Under the pieces are notes generated by a model that saw only the letters and a list, made by a program, of their open reading frames with translations, was not told the DNA's origin and searched no databases. The position numbers were made by a program, and so were the translations under genes. A stretch of 63,882 nucleotides of DNA, the filler included, from Bigelowiella natans CCMP2755 (Eukaryota; Protista; Cercozoa), in assembly GCA_000320545.1 (NCBI GenBank). It is 6 parts of 6 records of this genome, joined end to end, with 100 filler letters (N's around TTAATTAATTAA, not from the genome) between each part and the next. Parts side by side here need not be neighbours in the genome. Positions count along the whole stretch, not along the records: positions 1 to 16,406 come from ADNK01003536.1; positions 16,507 to 24,450 come from ADNK01002048.1; 4 more parts are not named here. The stretch is one strand, 5' to 3'. This document shows, in pieces, positions 10,905 to 20,865 of the stretch. Position 1 is the first letter of the stretch, and every line of letters begins with the position of its first letter.

Positions 10905-12748
10905 TTCGCAGAGAGAATGTCAAGATTACAAAGAAATTAGGAGAGGGTGGAATGGGAATCGTATATCTGGCAAAATACCAGGGAATGGAAGTCGCTTTCA
11001 AGGAGTGTAAAGCCAAGTTTGGTAGCTCCAATACTGCCCTGAAGGAAATGGAGCTTTTCAAGAAAGAGCTTACTATATCGGTTTCCCTTCGGCACGAGAA
11101 TGTTATTCGGGTGTTTGGAGGGGCGATGGAGTCGAATGTCTTTATTGTGATGGGTTACTGCTCTCTCGGAAGTTTGAGTGATGTGATTGATGACTGTGAT
11201 ACATACACAATTGGGAACGAGCATCGCCTCATTTGGTCTAAGCAATTGGCGAACGGACTTCATTTTCTACACGAAAAACGAGTCATTCACCAAGATATAA
11301 AAAGCCAGAATGTGCTAGTGGATGAGCGAGGGGTGGCGAAATGGGCGGATTTCGGTCTGGCCTCCACCCACACGAGCTCCACCTTCTCGCAGACGAGAAT
11401 GTCTACTGGGGGAACACCAGAGTGGTCGCCTCCCGAACAGTTCCGTGGTGAATACGGCTTCAAGTCGGATATTTGGGGACTGGGACTGGTGATGTATCAC
11501 CTCGTAGAGATGAGGATGCCGTTTGAAGGGGTGAGTAAGAATGTTTTGGAGAGTGCTATAAAAAACGGGAGGCTGAAGTATGATAAGATGGATGAGACAG
11601 ACCCGATTCTCAAGGAAACCATAAAATTGTGCCTGAACACAGACAGAACCAAGCGACCCAAGGCAGGTCAACTGGCCGAAGGGCTTGATAAGTTTGCTCC
11701 TAAAATGAGTTCTCTCCAGTTTTTGAAGCAACTTGGATTGGACGACGAAGCAGAGGAGCTTAAAGAGAAGTTGGAGATGGCCGAGAAGAACAAAAAAGAG
11801 GCTGTCAGAGAGGCTGAAGCGAGAGCAGAAGCGAGAGCAGAAGCGGATAAGAGGAAATTGTTGGAGGAGAAGCAGAAGGCAGAGGAGGAGGCCAACAACC
11901 GCATCCGGGAGCTGGAAGAAAAACTGGAGCGAATCTCGCGACTAAGTTCGCCCAAGGAGAAACAGCAGGAAACGAAGAAGGCGATTGAGGACTATCTCAA
12001 AGAAGGGTGGAAGAAACTGCCTGATATGAATACTAGGAGGGAGTTTTTGGGTGTGGCCGTTGGGGTTGGCAAACTGTTTGCTGTTGGTGGGTATGATGGT
12101 AGTAATTATCTCCAATCTGTGGAGTATCTGGATTTGAAGAAAATGGATGCGGGGTGGAAGAAAATTCCTGATATGGATACTGAGAGATATGATTTGGGAG
12201 TGGCCGTTGGGGATGGCAAACTGTTTGCTGTTGGTGGGTATGGTGGTGGTTTTAATCTTAAAACTGGGGAGTATCTGGATTTGAAGAATGTGGATGCGGG
12301 GTGGAAGAAAATCCCTGATATGGGTACTGGGAGATATGGTTTGGGAGTGGCCGTTGGGGATGGCAAACTGTTTGCTGTTGGTGGGTATGATGGTGGTTTT
12401 ACTCTTAAAACTGGGGAGTATCTGGATTTGAAGAAAATGGATGCGGGGTGGAAGAAAATTCCTCGTGTGAATACTGAGAGGCGGCTTTTGGGTGTGGCCG
12501 CTGGGGATGGCAAACTGTTTGCTGTTGGTGGGAGTAGTAATCGTAATCGTCTCAAATCTGGGGAGTATCTGGATTTGAAGAAAATGGATGCGGGGTGGAA
12601 GAAAATTCCTGACATGAGGAGCATGAGGTGGGGTTCAAAAGTGGCCATTGGGGATGGCAAACTGTTTGCTGTTGGTGGAGCTAACGACAAAGATGTTCTT
12701 CAAGATGTTCCTTACAAATCTGGGGAGCATCTTCGCATCGCTATGTAG
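10868..12748 (+). CDS. TKL-like Ser/Thr protein kinase + coiled coil + 5 Kelch repeats (intronless)
   Basis: GEGGMG, VAFK, HQDIKSQN, DFG, GTPEWSPPE, SDIWGLG; E/K/A-rich coil; Kelch repeats GKLFAVGG...EYLDL...GWKKIPDM. Confidence 0.9.
   Translation: MERERISEAKWVIRRENVKITKKLGEGGMGIVYLAKYQGMEVAFKECKAKFGSSNTALKEMELFKKELTISVSLRHENVIRVFGGAMESNVFIVMGYCSLGSLSDVIDDCDTYTIGNEHRLIWSKQLANGLHFLHEKRVIHQDIKSQNVLVDERGVAKWADFGLASTHTSSTFSQTRMSTGGTPEWSPPEQFRGEYGFKSDIWGLGLVMYHLVEMRMPFEGVSKNVLESAIKNGRLKYDKMDETDPILKETIKLCLNTDRTKRPKAGQLAEGLDKFAPKMSSLQFLKQLGLDDEAEELKEKLEMAEKNKKEAVREAEARAEARAEADKRKLLEEKQKAEEEANNRIRELEEKLERISRLSSPKEKQQETKKAIEDYLKEGWKKLPDMNTRREFLGVAVGVGKLFAVGGYDGSNYLQSVEYLDLKKMDAGWKKIPDMDTERYDLGVAVGDGKLFAVGGYGGGFNLKTGEYLDLKNVDAGWKKIPDMGTGRYGLGVAVGDGKLFAVGGYDGGFTLKTGEYLDLKKMDAGWKKIPRVNTERRLLGVAAGDGKLFAVGGSSNRNRLKSGEYLDLKKMDAGWKKIPDMRSMRWGSKVAIGDGKLFAVGGANDKDVLQDVPYKSGEHLRIAM
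12005..12740 (+). repeat. Five near-identical 147-bp coding repeats (Kelch blades)
   Basis: Unit GGGTGGAAGAAA...GGCAAACTGTTTGCTGTTGGTGG...GAGTATCTGGATTTGAAGAA recurs with 147-bp period (12005, 12152, ...). Confidence 0.92.
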
Positions 12749-12792
12749 ACTGCTTCCGCACACACATCGGGTTCTGTCTGGAGAAAATGTAG

Positions 12793-13854
12793 TCATTCAT
12801 GGCCATCTACAACTTCGCTCATTGGACAAAGGTGGACTTTCATCAGTTCATCTCTCAGTTTGCGATGGAATTCAGGATTCAGTTCGGCTTTCAGGTCATC
12901 CATTGCGAGGACGATTTCACCAAGTTCATCGTCAACATCACAGATTTCATCTGCTGTGCTGCTTTCATTCACTTGATTGACATCACTCATGTCAATCTTG
13001 CAGTGAGACAATTCTTCAAGTGGAAATCACAGTTGGATGTTTTGCAAAAGTTGTCAACAGGAATCCTTTTGCTGACAGCACATTGTCAAGTGTGTGTGTT
13101 GTGGCAGTCGCACATGCATCGGCACATCGCTTCGGTGTCAACGGGACATGGCAGTCGCACATGCATCAGCACGGCACATCGCTTCGCAATGGCACCGCAC
13201 ATGGCAGTCGCATGAACAGAGTGTTGGAAATGAATGTCATGCACACTTGATGTGATGTTTGTTCATTGCTAAATTGTGCAAAAACTTGTGGCAAAATGTC
13301 CTTGCAGGTGCACCATTTGAACATTGATTGTTTGTTTTGCAGGCAGGATTTTGCACGTTGCGCTTTGTTGTTGGTGTGTGTTGTTGTCTTGTTTTCAAAC
13401 ATTTCTTGGTTCTTTGATGCCTTCGCAAGTGCTTTTTGGTCACAGCACAATTGCAGAACTCACAATTTGCCTTTTGTTTCATTTCTTCTGACACTTTTTC
13501 TTTGTTTGCTTCTCCACATTTTTTGTTGTGTTGTTTTGTTTTTTCTTTGTTCGCTTCTCTGCATTCTTTCTTTTGTTGATTTGTTTTTTCTTTGTTTGCT
13601 TCTCTGCACTTTTTGCTGCATTGTTTCGTTTTTTCTTTGCATTTTGTTCCATGCATTTTGGTCGCCATTCTCATTTCTTCTTTTGACAATTTGTGCAACT
13701 TTCTTCCATCATTTTCAATTTTTTTCTCCAAAGCACAACCTTTTTTCATGCTGATGTGCTCCTCTTTCAAACCATTTCTCATTTCAGCAACATCAAGTTG
13801 CATTGTTTCTGTGTTTGCTTTCATTTTTGACAATTCATTTTTCAACTCTTCCAT
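12793..13854 (-). pseudogene. Degenerate virus-like ORFs; 13237-13854 carries (Y)REANKEK(I) repeats and a C-terminal Cys/His zinc-finger-like motif
   Basis: CREANKEKT/CGEANKEK repeats followed by CEFCNCAVTKKHLRRHQRTKKC, resembling small proteins of large DNA viruses/Polinton-like elements; AT-rich, intronless, TpA-free. Confidence 0.6.
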
Positions 13855-14800
13855 TTGATGTCAAAATGTTCAATTCTTTGCATCGTTTTCCTCTTCATTT
13901 TTGATTTCAACCCCACTCAAATTGGTGCTTCATTCACCTCTTTCATTTTCCAAATTGCGAGGGGCTTGTGAGGCGTTTCAAAAACCAAACTTTTTGACAC
14001 ACATGCACACATGCATGCACAAACACTTGCACACTTCATGCATGGAACCCCCGCCCTCAAAAAAGACACCCAGATGAAACACAAGTGCAACAATGCAATG
14101 TGATGCAGCACGATGACATGATGACATGATGCAGTCGCACAACGTGGTCGCATCGCTTTGCGAAGCAGGTGGGCTCTGCCCACATCGCAGATGCCGCCAC
14201 TGGCGGTTGTGATGATCATCATTGTTGTTGCTCACTCATCACACACTGCTGGAACGCAACAGCATCGACCAAAGCAAAACCCCCTCGTCAATCGCACACT
14301 GGCATGGCACAAACTGGCCCCATTGCCAATGCCAGCATGCAGTTGCACTTCTAGCCTTGTGCGTTGCCCACAATGCGTTCGCTTCCATCAGTGAATGCAG
14401 TGCACGCGCACGCGGGCGTCCTCGCCATGCTGGCATGGCTGACGTCATAAAACAGCTCCAGAGCTTGTGTTTGTCGGCATGCCAAAAACATCCGCAAAAG
14501 CCCGGGAAAACCTGCTGCTTTGACAACGATGCGTGTTCAAATTGGCTCTGTCGCATGCACCGGCTAGCTACGCACTGCATGCATCGCATGTGCACACATG
14601 CCAGCATGGCATCATGTGTGACATCATCAGGCAGTGTGGGCTGTTTGTTAGATGTCCGTGACGTCTGACACGCACGTCAGCATCATGCTCATGGATCGCG
14701 CTCCATTCTAGCATTGCAATTTCATGCCAAAACTGAACCACCGCCCGGTGAGCGCATCCAATCCATCAATTGTCTACATTGTTGCATTCAATCACAGACA
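12810..14800. other. TpA-depleted hypermutated island 1
   Basis: Manual scan finds a single TA (13270-13271) between 12810 and 14350; TG/CA strongly enriched, CG retained. Confidence 0.85.
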
Positions 14801-14867
14801 CATGCCGCCTGTTGTCGTCGTAACATGATCGTCGCAGCATTGTCGCCTCAAAAAACAACAGTGTGCC

Positions 14868-15760
14868 TCACTGTTGCGAATGCCACCAGCCCTTCCTGCC
14901 ACTCGCTCCATTACGAGACGATCCATCAATAGCTAACTTTGCAGCTGCCGCACGCCGTTTTGCCTCATCGATGCCTCTCTGCCTTCCGACTGCGTACGCT
15001 TCCAGCGCTGCAAGAAAAACTATTGTGGCAAACTGTGGGCGAGAGAACTTTGTTTGTTTGAGTGCCGACACCACGCCGTGAGCGGTAGCGTTGCCTGCCT
15101 TGGCGAGAGCTACGATGCTGCCTTTACCAGCTCCCGCTAGCGAACGGCCAACATTCTGATATGTTCCCCGCAAAAACAACAGCCACAGATGCGTAATTAT
15201 TAGGCCGTCGATTGTGATATAAAAAGATGTAGACGTAATTCCAACCACCACCACCACTACCACCACCCTATCCTTGGGTCGAGGTTCAAAAACACCGGTG
15301 AGAGAGATACGACCCTGCTCGCTGCACGTCGTTGCGCTCGCGAAGGAGAGCAACCATTCACTGGTATTTTCGTCATCGTCGATGACTTTCGGAGTCTATT
15401 CTTGGCAAAATCGAGGATTTGCTCGTTGCCTCCCAATCCATTCTAAAGCATAAAAGGTTCCGCCCCCACAGTCCCCTTTCGCCTTCCATTCTAAACTACC
15501 TTCGTTCCACGATAGACGGGGAGGAGCGTAGATTTTCCGACAGCAGTTACGGCTTTTACCGTGTTTCCCCCGACGAATCTCACTCCTTTACACGTCAACT
15601 CCGGCACAGCACGTGCAGTCTTAGCGGCGACGACGGGGGCTTTGAGCGCGGCAAGTGCCAATGTTTTTGCGAGCACAAAAGGCGCTCCGATCAGCCGCAG
15701 AATCGCCTATGGGAGAGGAATGGGTTAGGGCAGACAACACACAGCACGGAATCATGGAAG
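14868..15760 (-). CDS. 3' exons of an uncharacterised Ala/Lys/Gly-rich protein; upstream exons not resolved
   Basis: Coding-like segments LLAKTLALAALKAPVVAAKTARAVPELTCKGVRFVGG and GRSLAGAGKGSIVALAKAG...FATIVFLAALEAYAVGRQRG...*; no family recognised. Confidence 0.35.
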
Positions 15761-15853
15761 AAATCACACTCTCGTCACTAAAAACCGGGCATACAACACA
15801 CACGTACACACACACACATACACAAGTATATATATATATATATATATATATAT

Positions 15854-15899
<46 letters not shown>

Positions 15900-16358
15900 A
15901 GTTTGCGGAGAGGTATCTCAACCACACCGCTTGCTCACCAACAACCGTTGAAGAGAAAAGCAAAGTCTTAGCGCAAACCTCTCAAAAAAGGATCCTCCCC
16001 CCCCCCCTACCCCCCTCTCGAAAAAAATAAATAAACAAATATATGCACAACCAACCGAGTCGCCTCCTCGTTTGGACTTTCCTCGCTTGTCCCCGGCCTT
16101 CTTCCCGCCCTCCTCCTCCTCACTCTCATCGAGTTTTGGGAGGGGGACGCCTGGCCCTTGATAGTCTCTTCGCCATGTATCCGGAAGGCCTATCGACGGC
16201 CTACGAAGACCGTGCTCCAGTATCACGCTCACACGTGATGGATGCAGCATTTGAATCTCTCGTCGGTTGTACCTAGTTGGGGGGGGGGGAGGGGGGGGGG
16301 GAGTTGTTGAGGGCTGCTATTCCTGCGGCCAGGATTGTAAATGTACATAAGCACATGT

Positions 16359-16400
<42 letters not shown>

Positions 16401-16406
16401 ACTCAC

Positions 16407-16506
16407 NNNNNNNNNNNNNNNNNNNNNNNNNNNNNNNNNNNNNNNNNNNNTTAATTAATTAANNNNNNNNNNNNNNNNNNNNNNNNNNNNNNNNNNNNNN
16501 NNNNNN
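16407..16506. other. Artificial gap linker (N44-TTAATTAATTAA-N44)
   Basis: 100-nt N run with six-frame stop motif; same linker at 24451, 48350, 60981, 62723. Confidence 0.97.
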
Positions 16507-17001
16507 ATAATTAAAGGGGGGGTGGGGGGGGGGGGAAAAAGAGAGAGGGAGAGAGGAAAAGTTGTTACTTCACATTGCCCGGGCATTGGTTGGTGTGTAG
16601 GTTGTGTTGAGTCGCGATTGTCTCGTCATCGTCGTCTCTCGCCCCCCCCCCTCATTCGCCTTCTCATCATCATCAGGAAATGACATGCTGGCTGTCTACG
16701 AGGCCACCAAAGTTGCAAGGTGCGACAACTTGGCAATGAGGAAGAATAGGATGATGATGATGATGACTACGACGATGAATTCGTGCAAGCAGCGTTTGCT
16801 GCGCTCACAATCACGCCGTGATTAACCGTGGTGGTGTTTAGGGAATACGCTGTGTCCGAGTCTCGGCCTGTGATAGTGGAAGCGATGACGTATAGACGAG
16901 TAAGGCCAAGAAGACGATGATGATGATGATGATGATGAAGGATGAGAAGAGGACAATGATGATAAATAGAGCAGCCATACCCGTCCATATATTGATAGAA
17001 A

Positions 17002-17041
<40 letters not shown>

Positions 17042-17073
17042 ACTCATACACCTCTTTCTCCCCCGCCCTCCTT

Positions 17074-17115
<42 letters not shown>

Positions 17116-17453
17116 TAGAGTCATCACTCCTCTTCCGACGATTCCACAACGTACAGAGAGGTGTGTGAAGAAACTTGCAGTAAACAAAATATGCGTGAAA
17201 AACAATCCAGCGCATTGCGTTCATTTGGGCAGGAGAAACTCGATGATATATCCAAAGAATCACTCACCAAATTCATCACAATTTCGAAGCTGCTCTCCTT
17301 CTTCTTCTCCTTCTCCTTCTTCTTCTCTTTCTCCTTCTTCTTCTCCTTCTCCTTCTTCTTCTTCTTCTTCTTCCTCTCTTTTTGCTTTCTTCTCATCCTT
17401 CCTTTCCTTCTTTGCGATCATCACCATCGTCGTCTCCTTCGTCATTGTACCTA

Positions 17454-17494
<41 letters not shown>

Positions 17495-18517
17495 TCTATC
17501 TCTATCATAATAATTCAGAAAGACGAATTAGTGTGGTGGCAGCAGAATAACGACCCAGTGGCAAGGATAAGACTGTTAGTTGCTCAAACAATCTCATTCC
17601 TCCCTCACACCCCCCCCCCCCCCCCTTTTGTATCTTCTCTGCCTCTCCTTCTCTTATGATATACCATGATGCACACATGTCCTTTGCCCACTGCTGCTCC
17701 CTTCCGTGGCTTTAACACGCACATATCCGGTCGTTTTGCGAGCAGATATCTGGAATCGAGGGGCCTGTGGGACTCCCAACAAGAGGCAGAGCTTAAAATA
17801 GCATTGAAGAAGGAGACTGTGCAGGTTGGCTGGCTGTGTGTGAAGAGGGGGGGGAGGGGGGTGGGGGTGGCAGGAGGAAGAACAGAAAGCCATTTGACTG
17901 TCAGGGATGAAAGTTATGTATGAATTCATAACGATGATACGGGGTTCCATGCTGCCGTGAGAGACACCGACGATGATAGCTACTTCGATACCTCTTTCGC
18001 CTCTTCTTCGCCCCGACCGAATCATTCAATACATTTCACGGTTTTCGGGTCGTTCACTCGCAAACCGTGGCTAAGCGTAGAGATCGTCGTCATCGTCGTC
18101 GGTCTTCTTTGTCTTCATCATCCTCATGTGATGCCGAATCGTCGCGCCTCATGGCTCACTTCGAGAATTTACTGTTCACCAGAGCCTAAACAATGCTGAG
18201 AAGCTTCCAAAGCCTCCAATTGATGACCTTTTCACCGACGTGTAAGGCCCCCATCCCATTATGATTGTGCCAACATCCTGGATGACTCCTCTGACGATTA
18301 GAGATTACGTGCCGACGCGATTCTCTGCTCTCCTCTCCTAGTTTTTCTCTCCTCCTCAACCACTTCTCTTTGCATTTCTTTCCTGTGCTTATTACATTCC
18401 AGGTACAAGGAAATGCCAAAGCGGCTGAGGGAGCAGCAGGAGGATCTCGAAGCCCACATCCGGAAGTACGCGCCCGAGTACGACGTGTCGAACTTTAAAA
18501 GTTAGAAGTTTTGCGAG

Positions 18518-18555
<38 letters not shown>

Positions 18556-19102
18556 AGAATGACTGGTCTTTGGCTTGGATGCCTAGCCACACTCTATTGA
18601 GCCTGCGAAAAACAGGAATGTGCTGGGTTTTGGGTCGAATGAAGCTGAGTGAGCGAGTATTATTTCAATTTACATTTGCATTCATAAAGTTTCTTGCAAC
18701 GAAGGGTTCGCACGCGCATCCCCAGGGGTGCAAAATGCCATGCTAGCATGGATGAGCCGAATGCGAACCGCATGATCCTCATTACGCGTGGTTATCTCGC
18801 GCGAGCAGCGGCGACGCTGTCGCAACTTAGCTAATCACCGGCGATGACGCACAACATGAATATGCATGATTCTTGCCATCCCCAGATCCGTATTAAATAA
18901 TGCTACTATAGTTGTTATTTGATGCACATTCTAGACACTTCACGATTCTTCTCTGCTATATGCGCTGCGATGTCAACATTTAGCCGCGCGCTGGGGAGCA
19001 GTGTCTGGGTGTGTACTGCCTCGTTAAATGACTTATAGACTTGGCTTGCGCGATGGAGACCGCTCTGTACATACGTGTAGCATTCGCTCATTCACTCTAA
19101 TG

Positions 19103-20521
19103 CTAGAATGGCTTTGGTACGCTGGAGATGGGGATGATCTGCCCCCTCACTTTAGCCTTCATGTAGTGCTCTATAATCGGTCCTATTTCCCACGGCTTTC
19201 GGTACACCGTCCCGTCCCCCCCCTCCTGGGAGTGCTTCCCAACAACAGCGATCTTAGCCTCCTCGGCCAGGCCTGCTCTGACTTTCGCCATTGGACACCA
19301 TGCGGCTCCCTGCGACTCTTTGTCAGCGACAGTCTTTACGGATCCCGTCACCGCTCTTGCCTCCATTACAAGGTGCAGCGCGCTGTACTCTGCGTGTGAG
19401 ATTATGATCTGGGATAGGCCGGTGATCTCTACATCAAGGCCGGTCTCTTCCTTCGTTTCCCGAATCGCCGCGCGCTCGAACGTTTCCCCAGGGTCAGCGT
19501 GGCCTGCGGGCAAGAACCATTTTCCTGTTCTCTCCCGCACTAGAAGGATCTCCTCAGTTTCATCGTGCGCTGCCCCTTTCATCACACGCGTAGCAATCAC
19601 GAACACCACAGGGTCGAAGCCGGCGAGGCGGCATGTCGGTGGAGCGTCCCCAGGTCTACTACGATCCTCCTTTTCATTGCGCTCTGCTGCACCAGCCCAG
19701 TTCGGGTCCGGCCTTAGACGTAGAGTTCCTTTTGGCTGCGTATACGTGTTGGGGAGGCTCCAGCTATACTCGTCATGGATCCAATTCTCGTCGCAGAAAG
19801 GAATTACAAAGTCCAGCGTGAGGCTGACGCTCGAATCCGCACATACGTGCTCCAGCACTTGCGACACGCCACCGCTGTCGCGCAAAAACTGCCCCTTTTT
19901 ATCCCTAGGAATTCCTGATTTAACGTCCAAAGACCTTCCTATATTCAGCTCCGAAGCTAATCCTGAGAGCCCCGCCTCGATTGGCTGAGCTTGAAAAGGA
20001 ACGTAATCACCCCCTTTCAGAAAGAGGAAGGGACTCTTATTACTTGCTTGGTTTTGTGTAATCAGTCTTGTGGATGGTAGTACATCTCGAATACTATGAG
20101 AAGAATCCACTCGGCTTGGTTTACGTATGACTACAGCGCCGTCGGCTCTGAGAAGCACTAGCTTGAGCTCAACGATGAGCTTGTACGCAAACCTATCGTT
20201 GTATATCAAACGACTTTCGAACAACCCTCGTGCATGACGGATCTGACTTTGCGTTCCGCTAATTATGAGCAACTTGCCCCCTTTGACGACTCTCACACCG
20301 GCACCAGAAAGCTTCTGAACCCATCGGATGTATTTTCCTTTCTTGCCGATAATCCGACCGGCCTCTCCGCTCCTCAATTTGAGCGAAAGAGCGCTTTTCA
20401 TAGCGTTCGCTCGAGGATTTCTTCCCTTCCGAGCTGGCCTCTTCCGATTCGCGTTTCGAGGTTGCCTTTGAAGTGGAGAGGGGGCAGGATTCTTCTCATC
20501 GGAAAGGGCGGCGGCCTGCAT
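19103..20521 (-). CDS. KH-domain + Nudix hydrolase (NUDT18-like) fusion protein, intronless
   Basis: KH signature AGRIIGKKGKYIRWVQKLSGAGVRV...IISGTQSQIRHA; Nudix box GHADPGETFERAAIRETKEETGL with WFLPAG and KTVADKESQGAAW flanks. Confidence 0.85.
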   Translation of the reverse strand: MQAAALSDEKNPAPSPLQRQPRNANRKRPARKGRNPRANAMKSALSLKLRSGEAGRIIGKKGKYIRWVQKLSGAGVRVVKGGKLLIISGTQSQIRHARGLFESRLIYNDRFAYKLIVELKLVLLRADGAVVIRKPSRVDSSHSIRDVLPSTRLITQNQASNKSPFLFLKGGDYVPFQAQPIEAGLSGLASELNIGRSLDVKSGIPRDKKGQFLRDSGGVSQVLEHVCADSSVSLTLDFVIPFCDENWIHDEYSWSLPNTYTQPKGTLRLRPDPNWAGAAERNEKEDRSRPGDAPPTCRLAGFDPVVFVIATRVMKGAAHDETEEILLVRERTGKWFLPAGHADPGETFERAAIRETKEETGLDVEITGLSQIIISHAEYSALHLVMEARAVTGSVKTVADKESQGAAWCPMAKVRAGLAEEAKIAVVGKHSQEGGDGTVYRKPWEIGPIIEHYMKAKVRGQIIPISSVPKPF

Positions 20522-20865
20522 GGGGCGATGAGATGAGAAATACTAGGATGATCAGCGACACGGATTTTACCTTGTCGCGTGTATAAATTCCTCGCTTTTC
20601 CAATGCATGAATCTATTTTCGCCCTGCTTTTCTGGTCCATATTTTTCGGAAGTTTTCGTGTGTAATTTATGGGAAGCTGTTTCCCTCGGGACCCTCTTCT
20701 ATTGCGTTAGGTTTGCCTCTTTTCGTGACCCTACAGAGCAAGAGCTTCAAGATGTTATCAGGGGCGAAAATTTTCTATATAATTACAATGAATCGAAAAA
20801 TTATTTTGCATGTTCTTAGGGTATATTTTGGTCTGTTTTTCTTCCTATTCTGGCCGCGATCAGCA

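Noticed and set aside
12005-12740. Regular repeats with variable inserts resembling a CRISPR array or DGR cassette
   Set aside because: In-frame Kelch coding repeats; no cas genes, no template/variable repeat pair and no DGR-type RT (the only RT is Copia)
12810-14800. CpG-methylation decay or classical RIP as the cause of TG/CA excess
   Set aside because: CG is still common and TA is the missing word; RIP would raise TA. Kelch repeats and Tyr codons polarise the change from TA.
16451-16462. TTAATTAATTAA palindrome recurring five times
   Set aside because: Always centred in N runs: an artificial six-frame stop linker. Adjacency across these gaps is not reliable.
19103-20521. KH-Nudix as the enzyme behind the TpA mutation
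   Set aside because: Only proximity across a gap; Nudix chemistry does not explain context-specific, region-limited A:T->G:C changes. No deaminase or DNA-modifying enzyme is recognisable in the window.
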